DNA of 64,000 nt. Origin: Acidimicrobiaceae bacterium. GTDB lineage: Bacteria; Actinomycetota; Acidimicrobiia; Acidimicrobiales; UBA8592. Position 1 is the stretch's first letter; each line of letters begins with the position of its first letter. Below the pieces are notes generated by a model. The model worked only from the letters and a program-made list of their open reading frames with translations. It had not been told where the DNA came from and did no database searches. The position numbers were made by a program, and so were the translations under genes. The stretch lies in assembly GCA_002709645.1 (NCBI GenBank), contig PAQG01000049.1, positions 714 to 64,713 on the forward strand, in the 5' to 3' direction. Below, in pieces: positions 10,241-20,109 of the stretch.

Positions 10241-10876
10241 ATGAGTAGCAGCGAAACCCAGTTAGAAGAACCAGTAGTTACAGTTCTTGAAGTAACAGAT
10301 GCCGCGTTGGCAAAAGTTCTTGAGGTGCGGTCTGAAGAGGACAACCCCGAGGAAACAGGGTTACGAGTTACCATAACTGGCGCTAACGGCCCTGAGTTTT
10401 CCTATGATTTATCGTTTGAGGACATAAGTAGTGCAGAACAGGATGACCATATTTACAAAGTCGATGACTTAGTTGTGATTATCCCGAAAGAAAATCTTGA
10501 GGACCTCAGTGGAGCGACACTTGATCTTCCAAGCAATCCGATGCAGGGCGGTTTGGTAATTCGAAACCCCAATAGGCCCAAAATGCTTGAAGGTGAAGAT
10601 ATTGAACTTTCTGGTACTCCTGGCGAGAAACTTCAACAATTGTTAGATCAGCACATAAATCCTTCGCTAGCGGCCCATGGAGGATACGCGGAACTAGTCA
10701 AAATGGAAGAAACAGTGGCGCACATTCTTATGGGAGGTGGCTGCCAAGGGTGCGCTATGTCAGCTGCTACGCTTCGGCAAGGTATAGAGGTCATGATCGC
10801 AGAAGCAATCCCTGAAATCACGGAAATTATTGATGTCACTGACCATGAGGCCGGCGAAAATCCTTTCTTTGAGTAA
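10241..10876 (+). CDS. nfuA: Fe-S cluster carrier NfuA (degenerate A-type domain + NifU-C)
   Basis: HesB-like N-domain lacking Cys; INPSLAAHGG...MGGGCQGC...DVTDH..GENPFF. Confidence 0.88.
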   Translation: MSSSETQLEEPVVTVLEVTDAALAKVLEVRSEEDNPEETGLRVTITGANGPEFSYDLSFEDISSAEQDDHIYKVDDLVVIIPKENLEDLSGATLDLPSNPMQGGLVIRNPNRPKMLEGEDIELSGTPGEKLQQLLDQHINPSLAAHGGYAELVKMEETVAHILMGGGCQGCAMSAATLRQGIEVMIAEAIPEITEIIDVTDHEAGENPFFE

Positions 10877-10889
10877 TAATTTGAAAAAT

Positions 10890-12725
10890 TCAGGGACTTT
10901 CTAGAAGGCTGGCGAGGACAGTTTCTACTAGTCCTACAGCATCTAAGCCCAGTGAAGATAATAAGTCTTCAGGATTTCCTTGTTTGACGAAAGATATTGG
11001 TACCCCGAGAATATGAACCTTTGGAGAAGGGCCTGGCAGGTTACGTAATTGGCTAGAAATTGTTGAACCAATCCCTCCTTCGGAGATCCCATCTTCAATG
11101 GTCACGACGACTGAATGCTCATGCGCATTTAAGATCATTTCTTGATCAAGCGGAGTAACGCATCGAACATCCCAGACACTTGACGAAAGTCCATGTTCAG
11201 AAAGTAGATCGGAGGCTTCTTCAGCTACCGAAAGCATTTTCCCAACAGAGAGAATGCACACGTCGTTCCCTTCCGCAACGCGTCTGGCTTTCAGCCCATT
11301 ACCAACTTCGGATTCCGAAACTAAACGAGCGGGGGTTCTTGGATAGCGAATAGCGATTGGGCCATCTGTTATTTCTAATGCATCAGAAAACATTTGCTGA
11401 AGTTCTTGGTATGAAGATGGGGCAAGCATCGTCATACCCGGAACTTTAGAAAGGAGCATCATGTCAAGAAGGCCGTGGTGTGATGCTCCATCTGGGCCGG
11501 TAACCCCAGCCCGATCAATGCAAAAAATAACTGGTTGTTCATGTAGGGCGACGTCAAAGTTAATCTGGTCAAATGCTCGATTCAGAAATGTAGCGTAGAC
11601 GGCTATAACGGGTCTGAGCCCTCCCATCGCCATTCCAGCTGCTGCAGTAGTTGCATGTTGTTCAGCAATGCCGACATCAAAGAATCTTTCGGGGAATCGT
11701 TCAGAGAACGGGAGCAGACCAGTGCTATCAGGCATTGCTGCAGTTATCGCAACTAAGTCTTCGCGACTTTCTGCTTCTTTAATGAGAATTTCTGTGAACG
11801 CTGCCGTGTAACTCCCAGGTTTAGGGTTCCCAATATCGTGAAGTCTTTTTATCGGATCATTTTCAGCAGGTCCGTACCCTCTCCCTTTCTCCGTTAGTAC
11901 GTGAATAACAGTTGGCCCATCAAAGCCAGATGCATTCCTAAATGCTTTTTCTAAGGCCTCAATATTGTGTCCATCGAAAGGTCCGTTGTATCGGATTCCG
12001 AGATTCTCAAAGAAGGAAGTTGGATCCCAAATTTCCCGAACTGCTGCTTTAGCTGCGTCAATAGCTCGTTCAAAAGATTCTCCAAATGGGAGGAGACTTT
12101 TAACTTTCTTTTCAAGCTTTTCTTGTTGTTCAAGGTATTTGGGGTTATTGCGGAGCTTTTTTAAACTGTCAGAAAGTAAAGAGACAGTAGGCGCATATGA
12201 ACGTCCATTATCGTTTAAGACGATAATGGCATTGCTACCAGAGTGACCCAGATTATTTAACCCTTCGAATGCCATGCCACCAGTAAGAGCCCCATCTCCT
12301 ACAACAGCAATCACTCTACGCCCTTCCCCATTTTGGCTAGCCTGTGCTGCTGCTATCCCGAAGGCGTAACTTAACGCAGTTGAGGCATGACTGTTCTCAA
12401 TCCAATCATGTTCAGATTCAGATTGACTGGGATACCCAGATAATCCTCCTTCTTTCCGGAGGGACTTAAATCCTCCCAACCTTCCCGTTAAGATCTTATG
12501 AACATAGGCTTGATGTCCAGTATCCCAAAGCATAATGTCACGAGGTGAATCGAAAGTTCTATGTAAAGCGATCGTTAGTTCAACAACTCCTAAGTTAGAA
12601 CCCAAATGCCCACCGTTTTCTTGAACAGTTTCAACAATGAAATTCCTAATTTCGTAGCTAAGTGCAGCTAAGTCATCATAGGAAAGTCTCCGTAAATCCG
12701 CTGGGCAAGTTATCTGTTCAAGCAT
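10890..12725 (-). CDS. dxs: 1-deoxy-D-xylulose-5-phosphate synthase
   Basis: GGHLGSNLG, WDTGHQAY, GDGALTGG...NDN (TPP-binding), DVGIAEQH, DRAG..GPDG.SH and IRYPR motifs. Confidence 0.97.
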   Translation of the reverse strand: MLEQITCPADLRRLSYDDLAALSYEIRNFIVETVQENGGHLGSNLGVVELTIALHRTFDSPRDIMLWDTGHQAYVHKILTGRLGGFKSLRKEGGLSGYPSQSESEHDWIENSHASTALSYAFGIAAAQASQNGEGRRVIAVVGDGALTGGMAFEGLNNLGHSGSNAIIVLNDNGRSYAPTVSLLSDSLKKLRNNPKYLEQQEKLEKKVKSLLPFGESFERAIDAAKAAVREIWDPTSFFENLGIRYNGPFDGHNIEALEKAFRNASGFDGPTVIHVLTEKGRGYGPAENDPIKRLHDIGNPKPGSYTAAFTEILIKEAESREDLVAITAAMPDSTGLLPFSERFPERFFDVGIAEQHATTAAAGMAMGGLRPVIAVYATFLNRAFDQINFDVALHEQPVIFCIDRAGVTGPDGASHHGLLDMMLLSKVPGMTMLAPSSYQELQQMFSDALEITDGPIAIRYPRTPARLVSESEVGNGLKARRVAEGNDVCILSVGKMLSVAEEASDLLSEHGLSSSVWDVRCVTPLDQEMILNAHEHSVVVTIEDGISEGGIGSTISSQLRNLPGPSPKVHILGVPISFVKQGNPEDLLSSLGLDAVGLVETVLASLLESP

Positions 12726-12760
12726 GAGATCTCCGCTATCGAATCTATCGTACCAACAGG

Positions 12761-13609
12761 CTATCGTGAGAATCTTGCTAGATCACTATGAAATCTGAGG
12801 ACGTGGCTGCTCTCAGGTTTATGAAGGGGAAAGAGAGCAGTTTTTTGATTCGTAAAGGACTGCAAACGGGTCCCTCCCCAATAACTAATTAAAAGGACCA
12901 GTGCTCCGCCAACGGCATCGATCCAATAATGATTCGCCGTGACCATAATGGCGAAAATCGTTAATAGGGGATACAGCGCCATAGCAAATTTCATACTATT
13001 TGTTTTTAGATGCTTTTTCATAGCTAGATAGCTCCAGAGCGCCCAAGCGAAATGGAGACTAGGCATAGCTGCATACTGGTTTGATAGGCTCTCCATGAGT
13101 CCAGAGTCAAAGCTCCATATGCCACCATATTCAGCCATTGTGTCTAGAAAGGGGCTTTCCACGCATGCGCCTATAGCACGGCAGTTCCCTAACAGGCGAG
13201 GCGGCATTAATGGAAACGTAGCAAACCCGATCAAGGAAACCCCTGTAGTTAATAGGCCAATAGTTCGCCATTTCGGATAGTCCATGGGTTTACGAATATA
13301 AAGGAAAAGCAAGACTCCCAACGTCACGCCAAAGTGCAAGGTTCCATAGAAGATATTCCAGAATCTGAGAAACCATTCCCAATCAAGAAACCAACTCTGT
13401 AGATCAGGTTCAAAATACAAGCCAAAGAACTTCTCAAGATCGATTATGTATTCAGCATTTTTGTATGCAGTTTCAGCGCTTACAGAAGCTGACCCAAATT
13501 GATTTCGGACCCATGAGTAGAAGGCATAACAGATGCCTATTAAAAGCAATTCGCGCATCCACAACAATTTTTTAGGAGGGTAACTTCTTGAAAGTCTCTG
13601 GTTCCCCAT
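12761..13609 (-). CDS. PAP2_3 family (Aur1/IPC synthase-like) membrane phosphotransferase/phosphatase
   Basis: PLMPPRL, NQYAAMPSLHFAW and TANHYWIDAVGG motifs. Confidence 0.85.
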   Translation of the reverse strand: MGNQRLSRSYPPKKLLWMRELLLIGICYAFYSWVRNQFGSASVSAETAYKNAEYIIDLEKFFGLYFEPDLQSWFLDWEWFLRFWNIFYGTLHFGVTLGVLLFLYIRKPMDYPKWRTIGLLTTGVSLIGFATFPLMPPRLLGNCRAIGACVESPFLDTMAEYGGIWSFDSGLMESLSNQYAAMPSLHFAWALWSYLAMKKHLKTNSMKFAMALYPLLTIFAIMVTANHYWIDAVGGALVLLISYWGGTRLQSFTNQKTALFPLHKPESSHVLRFHSDLARFSR

Positions 13610-13621
13610 GAGTTCCTCTAA

Positions 13622-14650
13622 TTACGTTTCAGCTATAGAAGGATCTTCCTCATTCGATCCTTTCCTGCCACCAAAGATAAGGAGTGGGAACCCGATCATG
13701 CTCCCAATCAGCGTCATTGCATAAATTGCCAAACCTAATGCAAGAGCCTGTTCGCTTGGAACGTTAAGTCCTGAAAGGAAAACAACTAAGGTTCCTTCTC
13801 GGACCCCGAGACCACCAATCCCTAGGGGGAGTACTTGAATGATAAGGACAGCCGGAATGAAAGCCATTAAAGCAGTCAACCCGACTTGGTCTATGCCCAA
13901 TGCTTCAACGGCGCAACCGGCTGCTAAAAGGAGCATGAATTGGTAGGCGAAAGCAGAGAGGACTACTTCTCTGGCAGCTTTGGGGTGGTCGCGTAATCTA
14001 TCTATCCCTAAATGGATTGCATTTGCGTACCGGAGTACTCCTTTCCGATTTCGGAGTCCTTTTCCAATTCGAGCATTGCCAAGAAGAAGAATAACTAGGC
14101 CAAGGCCCAGAAGGGTTATAAATCCGACAATCAATGGGATCTTCGTCGATTTACCCAATCCTGTTAGGCCTGGATTAATAGCGAATCCGATAAATGTAAT
14201 TAATGGAAGTACCAGCCATCCGCTTAAGCGTTCAAAGACCACCGAAGTGAAACTGATAGGCCCATCATCAGTATCCCGAGTTAAACGTCCAACTCTCACG
14301 ACATCTCCACCGACTGTTGTCGGAAGGAAATTTGAGACAAATTGCCCTGCCATGTAATGGCTGAATAAGCGTCGGAGCGGTTGTCGAACATCAAGTGCGA
14401 TTAGGACTCGCTGCCATCGGATAGCTCCTAAAACAAATCCAGTTAATGTGAAGACAATAGCTCCGATAGTCCAAAGAGCAGTCTCGCTATTCCAATCAGG
14501 GAGTTCATCCCAATCAATATCATCCATTGACCAAATTACAACTAGGAGTAAAGCTACGCTCAGTCCAATACGTAATGGGACTGTTATATATTTACTTTTC
14601 CACCAGCGAGTAACCTCACTATCGGTTAAGGCATTGAGTTCAGAATTCAT
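13622..14650 (-). CDS. Lysylphosphatidylglycerol synthase TM-domain (UPF0104) flippase-like protein
   Basis: RW, NFLPTTVGGDVVR, ERL and PLGIGGLGVREG motifs; multi-TM. Confidence 0.85.
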   Translation of the reverse strand: MNSELNALTDSEVTRWWKSKYITVPLRIGLSVALLLVVIWSMDDIDWDELPDWNSETALWTIGAIVFTLTGFVLGAIRWQRVLIALDVRQPLRRLFSHYMAGQFVSNFLPTTVGGDVVRVGRLTRDTDDGPISFTSVVFERLSGWLVLPLITFIGFAINPGLTGLGKSTKIPLIVGFITLLGLGLVILLLGNARIGKGLRNRKGVLRYANAIHLGIDRLRDHPKAAREVVLSAFAYQFMLLLAAGCAVEALGIDQVGLTALMAFIPAVLIIQVLPLGIGGLGVREGTLVVFLSGLNVPSEQALALGLAIYAMTLIGSMIGFPLLIFGGRKGSNEEDPSIAET

Positions 14651-14749
14651 CTTCAGTTAAGGCCAATCCCGCATTTTTTGGATGCAGTGTAGTCATATAA
14701 GCGACTTAGATAGGTTATTGGCACTAAACACAGATTCACCGGATACAAG

Positions 14750-14790
14750 TAGTTAATTAACTAGAAAATGTTAGAAAATCCCTAGAATTA
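14750..14790. promoter_or_regulatory. Perfect 14-bp palindrome plus phased direct repeats upstream of the flippase operon
   Basis: TAGTTAATTAACTA followed by TAGAAAAT, TAGAAAAT and TAGAATT at 10-11 bp spacing. Confidence 0.35.
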
Positions 14791-14823
14791 AGCTAATTTA
14801 CGAAAATCAGCTCAGGTAAAAAA

Positions 14824-15213
14824 TTAGACTCTTTCCAAAAATCGTTTTCGAAATACGATAACTCGTGTGACCTGGCCCATAGCGATTTGGAGAGGTTCGT
14901 CAGAATCTCTGATTTCAAAAGCGCTTACTTGAAAAGTAAGCCTTCTTCCATCAACTCGGGTTAACAAGGCACTGACTCTAACTTTTGCACCAAGGCCAGT
15001 CGGATTCACATGGTCTACCCGAACACGCATTCCAACAGTGGTTTCTTCTTCGGAAATGTAGTCTTTGACAGCATTCATAGTTTGGGCTTCGCACCAGGCG
15101 ATAACTCTCGGAGTGGCAAGCACGGGGACGTCACCAGAAGTTAAAGCCGTTGCCAAGTCTTCCTGAGCGACAACGTAATCTTCAGATGCAGGTATAGGAG
15201 GTTCTAATGCCAT
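14824..15213 (-). CDS. FlK-like hotdog-fold thioesterase
   Basis: VLATP, E, TVG...HVNPT..G, DGRRLTF. Start reassigned to ATG 15213 because the longer ORF overlaps tldD. Confidence 0.85.
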   Translation of the reverse strand: MALEPPIPASEDYVVAQEDLATALTSGDVPVLATPRVIAWCEAQTMNAVKDYISEEETTVGMRVRVDHVNPTGLGAKVRVSALLTRVDGRRLTFQVSAFEIRDSDEPLQIAMGQVTRVIVFRKRFLERV

Positions 15214-15289
15214 ACTTGTACGATACGCAAACATAGCTATCCTTTGTCGGATAGGGTCAATGAGTTGCAAAACAAGTACTGTTGGTAGC

Positions 15290-16693
15290 ATGGGAATTGA
15301 AATGATTGAACAAGAAGTTATAGAGCGAACTTTGGCTGAAGCCCTTAAAACTGGTGGAGAGTTTGCTGAGGTTTTTGTTGAAGATAAACAGTCTTCTTCA
15401 GCGTATTTTGATGATGGGAAAGTTGAAGAACTAACATCAGGGCGCGACAGAGGTGCAGGTATTCGAGTCGTGGTTGGGGAGACAACTGGTTTCGCCCACA
15501 CAGCTGATCTCACCGAATCAGGTTTGCTCGGAGCAGCAAGATCAGCTGCGGCTGCAGCTCGCAGCCAGGGAAGACAAGCTGTGGCAAAGAAACTGGTGGA
15601 TTCATCCGCTCCATCTCCAAACCCTGTGCTTCTGTTGCCTGAGAACATAGAAAAAATTAGAAAAGTTGAATTGCTGAAACGAGCTGATGAAGTAGCCAGA
15701 AATCAAAGCAATGCAATAACCCAAGTCTCGGCTAGGTACGGAGATTCTCGGCGACGAATTTTAGTTGCAAACAGTGACGGCGTTTTTGCTTCTGACGATC
15801 AAGTAAGAACGCTTTTTTCTGTTGCTTGTGTCGCGACTGGTGATGCTGGAATGCAAACAGGTCGTGAATCTACTGGTCGGCCTATTGGGTTTGAACTTTT
15901 CAATGAATTTGATGTCGAAGAATTAGCTGAGAGGGCCGCGCAACGAGCTTTGACAAAGTTAAGTGCACGACCAGCCCCAAGCGGGGCTATGCCTGTCGTA
16001 ATCGGTAGCGGCGGCGGTGGTGTCCTTTTCCACGAAGCATGTGGGCACGGTCTTGAAGCAGATCTGGTAAAAAAACAAGCATCTGTTTTCGCTGGGAAAA
16101 TAGGAAAAAATGTGGCCAGTGAGTTAGTTACTTTAATCGACGATGGGACTATGTCTAAAGAATGGGGAGCTTTTGCGATAGATGATGAGGGAAGGCCAGC
16201 ACAGAAAAATGTTCTGATACAGGACGGAGAACTTGTTGACTACATGTGGGATGGTCTTCGATCAAGATCCCAAGATAGGCAAAGTTCAGGAAATGGACGG
16301 AGGCAGAGCTATCAAGTACTTCCGATGGTTCGAATGACTAATACGTATATCGCAAATGGAGACACTGACCCCCAAGACATTATTGCCAATACCCCAAATG
16401 GGGTTTATGTGGCCCATCTAGGGGGAGGGCAGGTGAATACAGCAACTGGGGATTTTGTTTTCGGAATGACCGAAGCCTATTTAATAGAGGACGGCAAAAT
16501 TACCTCGCCTATACGAGAGGGCAACCTTATAGGGAATGGACCAGAAGTTCTCAAACAAATTGATGCATTAGGCAATGACTTTAAGATGGGGTCACCAGGG
16601 ACGTGCGGAAAAGATGGCCAAGGGGTCCCAGTGGGTGATGGCACGCCAACACTTCGGGTGCAAAGTATGACAGTCGGCGGGACTGCTGCTTAA
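15290..16693 (+). CDS. tldD: TldD metalloprotease subunit
   Basis: HEACGHGLEAD, DDEG, GNGRRQSY, RMTNT and CGKDGQGVPV motifs. Confidence 0.95.
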   Translation: MGIEMIEQEVIERTLAEALKTGGEFAEVFVEDKQSSSAYFDDGKVEELTSGRDRGAGIRVVVGETTGFAHTADLTESGLLGAARSAAAAARSQGRQAVAKKLVDSSAPSPNPVLLLPENIEKIRKVELLKRADEVARNQSNAITQVSARYGDSRRRILVANSDGVFASDDQVRTLFSVACVATGDAGMQTGRESTGRPIGFELFNEFDVEELAERAAQRALTKLSARPAPSGAMPVVIGSGGGGVLFHEACGHGLEADLVKKQASVFAGKIGKNVASELVTLIDDGTMSKEWGAFAIDDEGRPAQKNVLIQDGELVDYMWDGLRSRSQDRQSSGNGRRQSYQVLPMVRMTNTYIANGDTDPQDIIANTPNGVYVAHLGGGQVNTATGDFVFGMTEAYLIEDGKITSPIREGNLIGNGPEVLKQIDALGNDFKMGSPGTCGKDGQGVPVGDGTPTLRVQSMTVGGTAA

Positions 16694-16697
16694 GGTT

Positions 16698-18044
16698 GTG
16701 ATGGAAGAGAAATTATTAGCGACTGCCGAGAGAGTTATCGCCTTAGGGGAAGAAGGTGAACAAATTGAAGTTGTTGCTGTCCATGAACAAGAAACAGAAA
16801 TAAGAGTCTATGAAGGGGAAATAGAGTCGTTTACAGCGTCAGAATCACAAGGTGTAGGGATTAGGGTAATTCAAGATGGTCGCCAAGGAATGGCGTATGC
16901 CGGGACATTAGACGAAAAGATTCTTAAAGAAACACTCATTGAGGCCCGAGACAATTCTACCTTTGGGACATATGACGAATTTGTAGCGATAGCTGAACCT
17001 GATGGGGTGAAGCCAATATCGCTAAATCTATATCACCCCATGATTAGCCAATTCCCTACCGAAGAGAAGATATCGCTGGCTAAGGAACTTGAAAAATATA
17101 TTCGAAATTCAGACGAGCGAATTGTAGGAGTTGAATCCACAGAATACGTTGATTCCATTTCTGCAAGTGCGATTGTCACTTCAAGTGGAATTCGCCGTTC
17201 GAGCTATGAGGGGGGTTGCTATGTTGCGGCATCTTCTCTTGCCTCCGATGGGAAAGATATGCAAACAGGGTTTGGATATTCAATTGGCCGTAATCCAGAG
17301 CTTCTAGATATAGAAAAAGCAGGAACCCAAGCCTCTGATAGGGCCACGAGAATGCTGGGTGCTAAAAAAGCGCAATCTGGTAGGCAAACAGTCATCTTGG
17401 ACCCTTACGTTACGGCACAATTCCTTGGAATTATCGGGTCAACGTTCAGTGGTGAAGCACTTCTTAAAGGAAGGTCTTTATTTGCCGGCAGAGAAGGTGA
17501 ACCGATTGCATCAAGTATGGTGACTTTGGTTGATGACCCAACTGACGCAGAAGCATTTACGGCTACAGAAGTAGATGGCGAAGGTTTAGCAAGCCGAAGA
17601 AATATTCTTATCAATAGTGGAACGTTGCAGGGTTTTCTTCATAACAGTTATACGGCTCGGGCATTAAATACGATTTCAACTGGATCAGCGGTCCGCAGCT
17701 ACAACTCTTCTCCCGGGGTAGGGTCCTTGGCCTTATCGCTCGTTCCAGGATCCAAATCACAAGAGAAACTAATTGAGAATATTGACGATGGGATTTTGAT
17801 CCAGGGAGTAGCGGGTCTCCATTCTGGAGTGAACCCAATTAGTGGTGATTTCTCAGCAGGGGCTGAAGGTATTCAGATTCGAAATGGGAAACTTGCTGAA
17901 CCAGTTAGGGAGATTACGATCGCATCGACCCTTCAACGGATGCTTCTTGAAGTGCAAGATATCGGGAGTGACCTTGAGAGGCTCCCAATGCGTTCATCGG
18001 GAGTCTCTCTAGTTGTTGGAGATGTAACAGTTTCTGGCGTCTGA
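16698..18044 (+). CDS. pmbA: PmbA/TldE subunit
   Basis: TldD-like fold without HExxxH; DGEG, NPISGDFS and EITIAS motifs; directly follows tldD. Confidence 0.92.
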   Translation: MMEEKLLATAERVIALGEEGEQIEVVAVHEQETEIRVYEGEIESFTASESQGVGIRVIQDGRQGMAYAGTLDEKILKETLIEARDNSTFGTYDEFVAIAEPDGVKPISLNLYHPMISQFPTEEKISLAKELEKYIRNSDERIVGVESTEYVDSISASAIVTSSGIRRSSYEGGCYVAASSLASDGKDMQTGFGYSIGRNPELLDIEKAGTQASDRATRMLGAKKAQSGRQTVILDPYVTAQFLGIIGSTFSGEALLKGRSLFAGREGEPIASSMVTLVDDPTDAEAFTATEVDGEGLASRRNILINSGTLQGFLHNSYTARALNTISTGSAVRSYNSSPGVGSLALSLVPGSKSQEKLIENIDDGILIQGVAGLHSGVNPISGDFSAGAEGIQIRNGKLAEPVREITIASTLQRMLLEVQDIGSDLERLPMRSSGVSLVVGDVTVSGV

Positions 18045-18090
18045 AAACAAAAAAAGGACATGTCCGCCTAGTATCCACTGGATAACCAAA

Positions 18091-19050
18091 TTGAAACTAA
18101 GAATGATAGCCACTGCAACCCAGAAGCTCCGAAGGACACTGATCACCGTTTCCTTTTTTGTAGTTTGCCTGGTTTTCTTTGGAGGCCAAGCATTAGGAGA
18201 TAGTGGTATTTCAATAACGGAGAATCTTGGTCTCTGGGAAGCTGTAATTCTCGGAATTGTTGAGGGTTTCACGGAGTTTTTACCCATTAGTTCAACTGGG
18301 CATTTACTCGCCGCAAAGGAATTTCTAGATTTAGGTCAAACTGAAATTACGGAGGAAGCAATTGATAGCTATATCATCAGTATTCAAATCGGAGCTATCT
18401 TTGCAGTAGCGGTTTTGTATCGGAATCGCCTGCACCAAATGATGCAAGGCCTCCGAGGCAATAGTCTAGAAGGGCGGCAGATACTAACAAGTCTTGTTAT
18501 TGCCTTTATCCCAACTGCTTTGATTGGTTATCTGACTTCTGATTTCGTGAAAGATGAACTCTATGGGCTTTCACCAGTTGCTGCCGCATGGATTGTGGGG
18601 GGTATCTGTATTCTCGTCGTCCAGAAGAAACAACTTTTTCAAAATCAGGGAAGTTCTTTAGAGGGCCTAAGTTTCTTCCAAGCTGGCATCATAGGCTTAG
18701 TTCAGGCTTTAGCTATATGGCCTGGTGTGAGCAGGAGTCTGGTTACGATTCTTGCTGCAGTCTTTATCGGTTTGTCACTCAAGGCCGCAGTTGAATTCAG
18801 TTTCCTTCTCGGGTTAGTAACTTTAGCAGCCGCGACTGTGTATGAAATGAGTACTGATGGGTCAGAGATCATTGATAATTTTGGGTACTTGTCACCGACA
18901 GTCGGATTGGTAGTCGCTTTTGTCTCTGCGATTATTTCAGTGCGGTGGATGGTTGATTGGCTTGAGAAACGAAGCTTTAATATTTTTGGGTACTACAGGA
19001 TTATTATTGGTTTGGTCGCTTTTCTATTGCTATCAATAGGTTTTTTCTAA
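18091..19050 (+). CDS. uppP: Undecaprenyl-diphosphate phosphatase (start uncertain)
   Basis: GIVEGFTEFLPISSTGH, QIGAIFAV, PGVSRS, EFSF and FGYYR motifs. Confidence 0.95.
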   Translation: MKLRMIATATQKLRRTLITVSFFVVCLVFFGGQALGDSGISITENLGLWEAVILGIVEGFTEFLPISSTGHLLAAKEFLDLGQTEITEEAIDSYIISIQIGAIFAVAVLYRNRLHQMMQGLRGNSLEGRQILTSLVIAFIPTALIGYLTSDFVKDELYGLSPVAAAWIVGGICILVVQKKQLFQNQGSSLEGLSFFQAGIIGLVQALAIWPGVSRSLVTILAAVFIGLSLKAAVEFSFLLGLVTLAAATVYEMSTDGSEIIDNFGYLSPTVGLVVAFVSAIISVRWMVDWLEKRSFNIFGYYRIIIGLVAFLLLSIGFF

Positions 19051-19054
19051 AGAT

Positions 19055-19384
19055 TCAGTCATTTGAACTCGCTGTGGAAGAACTGGAGGTTTCAGCTTTT
19101 TTCGGCTTTTCAGGTGATGAATCTTTAGTCGGTGATGAATCTTTAGCTGGTGATGACTCAGCACTCTCAGCTTTCTTACCGCTTCCTGATGATGAGCTTT
19201 TGGACCTACTGTCATTTTTATAGAATCCTGAACCCTTAAAGGCGATACCGGGGGCTGAAAATATTTTTTTAACGGATCCCTGGCATTGCTCAGAAGGGCA
19301 AGATGTCAAAGGGTCCTCTGAGAAAGACTGAAAGACTTCAAAAGTGTTTTCGCATGTTTCGCACCGGTAATCGTAAGTGGGCAC
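19055..19384 (-). CDS. FmdB family zinc-ribbon protein with Ser/Lys-rich tail
   Basis: MPTYDYRCETC...CPSEQC...FKGSGFYKNDSR. Confidence 0.92.
   Translation of the reverse strand: MPTYDYRCETCENTFEVFQSFSEDPLTSCPSEQCQGSVKKIFSAPGIAFKGSGFYKNDSRSKSSSSGSGKKAESAESSPAKDSSPTKDSSPEKPKKAETSSSSTASSND
19111..19156. repeat. 18-bp tandem repeat (about 2.5 copies) in the FmdB tail
   Basis: caggtgatgaatctttag / tcggtgatgaatctttag / ctggtgatga; encodes SPAKDS-SPTKDS-SPEK. Confidence 0.85.
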
Positions 19385-19457
19385 GTTCTCTCCATGTTTT
19401 AAGCAGTCGGACTGCTTCTGAATAGATTACAAAAAGGAACTCTACCGTGAGATTTCA

Positions 19458-20039
19458 TCAATCAATAGCTTGCTCTTCGCCACGGAGCAATCGTCCAATA
19501 TTCTCTGAATGTCTAGATAGGACAAGTAATGACGCTCCACTCACTATTCCAAACTCTTTCCATGACCCCCCAGAGTTAATGAGTACCCCGAATGGGAAAA
19601 TCGCGATCAAAGCTAATGAACCGATTGATGCCCTTCGGAATAGTTTCATGATCGGAATCCATATGCACACCCCGACAACAGCAACAAGCGGGTAAAGAGC
19701 GATGCCTACACCTCCGAGTGTCGCTACTCCTTTCCCACCGCTCATCCTCCTTGTTATAGGGAAAATGTGGCCCAGCATCGCTGCAAACCCAGTAGCAAGT
19801 CCCAGAGTGTGTCCCTCAATAAAGAAGCAGATAAGAGCGGGTATGAAACCTTTAAGTAAGTCCCCAAGAAGGACGATTACACCTGCTCTTGCTCCAGCTA
19901 CACGATACACATTTGAAGCACCCGGATTTCCGGACCCTTCGGTAGTGGGATCATGGCCAACAAAACCAGCGACAATATGGGCGGTTGGGAAAGTCCCAAG
20001 AATATAGCTCGCAGGAACGAGAAGCCACCACCATGTCAC
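19458..20039 (-). CDS. plsY: Glycerol-3-phosphate acyltransferase PlsY
   Basis: GSGNPGASN..R, DLLKG, GHIFP, GGKGVAT and RHSENI.RL..GEE motifs. Confidence 0.95.
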   Translation of the reverse strand: MTWWWLLVPASYILGTFPTAHIVAGFVGHDPTTEGSGNPGASNVYRVAGARAGVIVLLGDLLKGFIPALICFFIEGHTLGLATGFAAMLGHIFPITRRMSGGKGVATLGGVGIALYPLVAVVGVCIWIPIMKLFRRASIGSLALIAIFPFGVLINSGGSWKEFGIVSGASLLVLSRHSENIGRLLRGEEQAID

Positions 20040-20109
20040 GTTTCCATGATAGACCCCATAAAGCTGATCAAGTGCCTAACAAGATTGAGCATTTGTTAAT
20101 ATTGTAAAT

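Noticed and set aside
15214-15648. N-terminal 144 aa of the 274-aa ORF 14824..15648
   Set aside because: Mostly antisense to tldD. The thioesterase domain begins at ATG 15213, which has its own -10 element.
15290-18044. TldD/PmbA as part of a RiPP (microcin-like) cluster
   Set aside because: No precursor peptide or YcaO/modification enzymes nearby; this is a standard housekeeping pair.
20040-20109. Moco riboswitch upstream of moeA
   Set aside because: The gap is only 70 bp and both divergent genes look leaderless.
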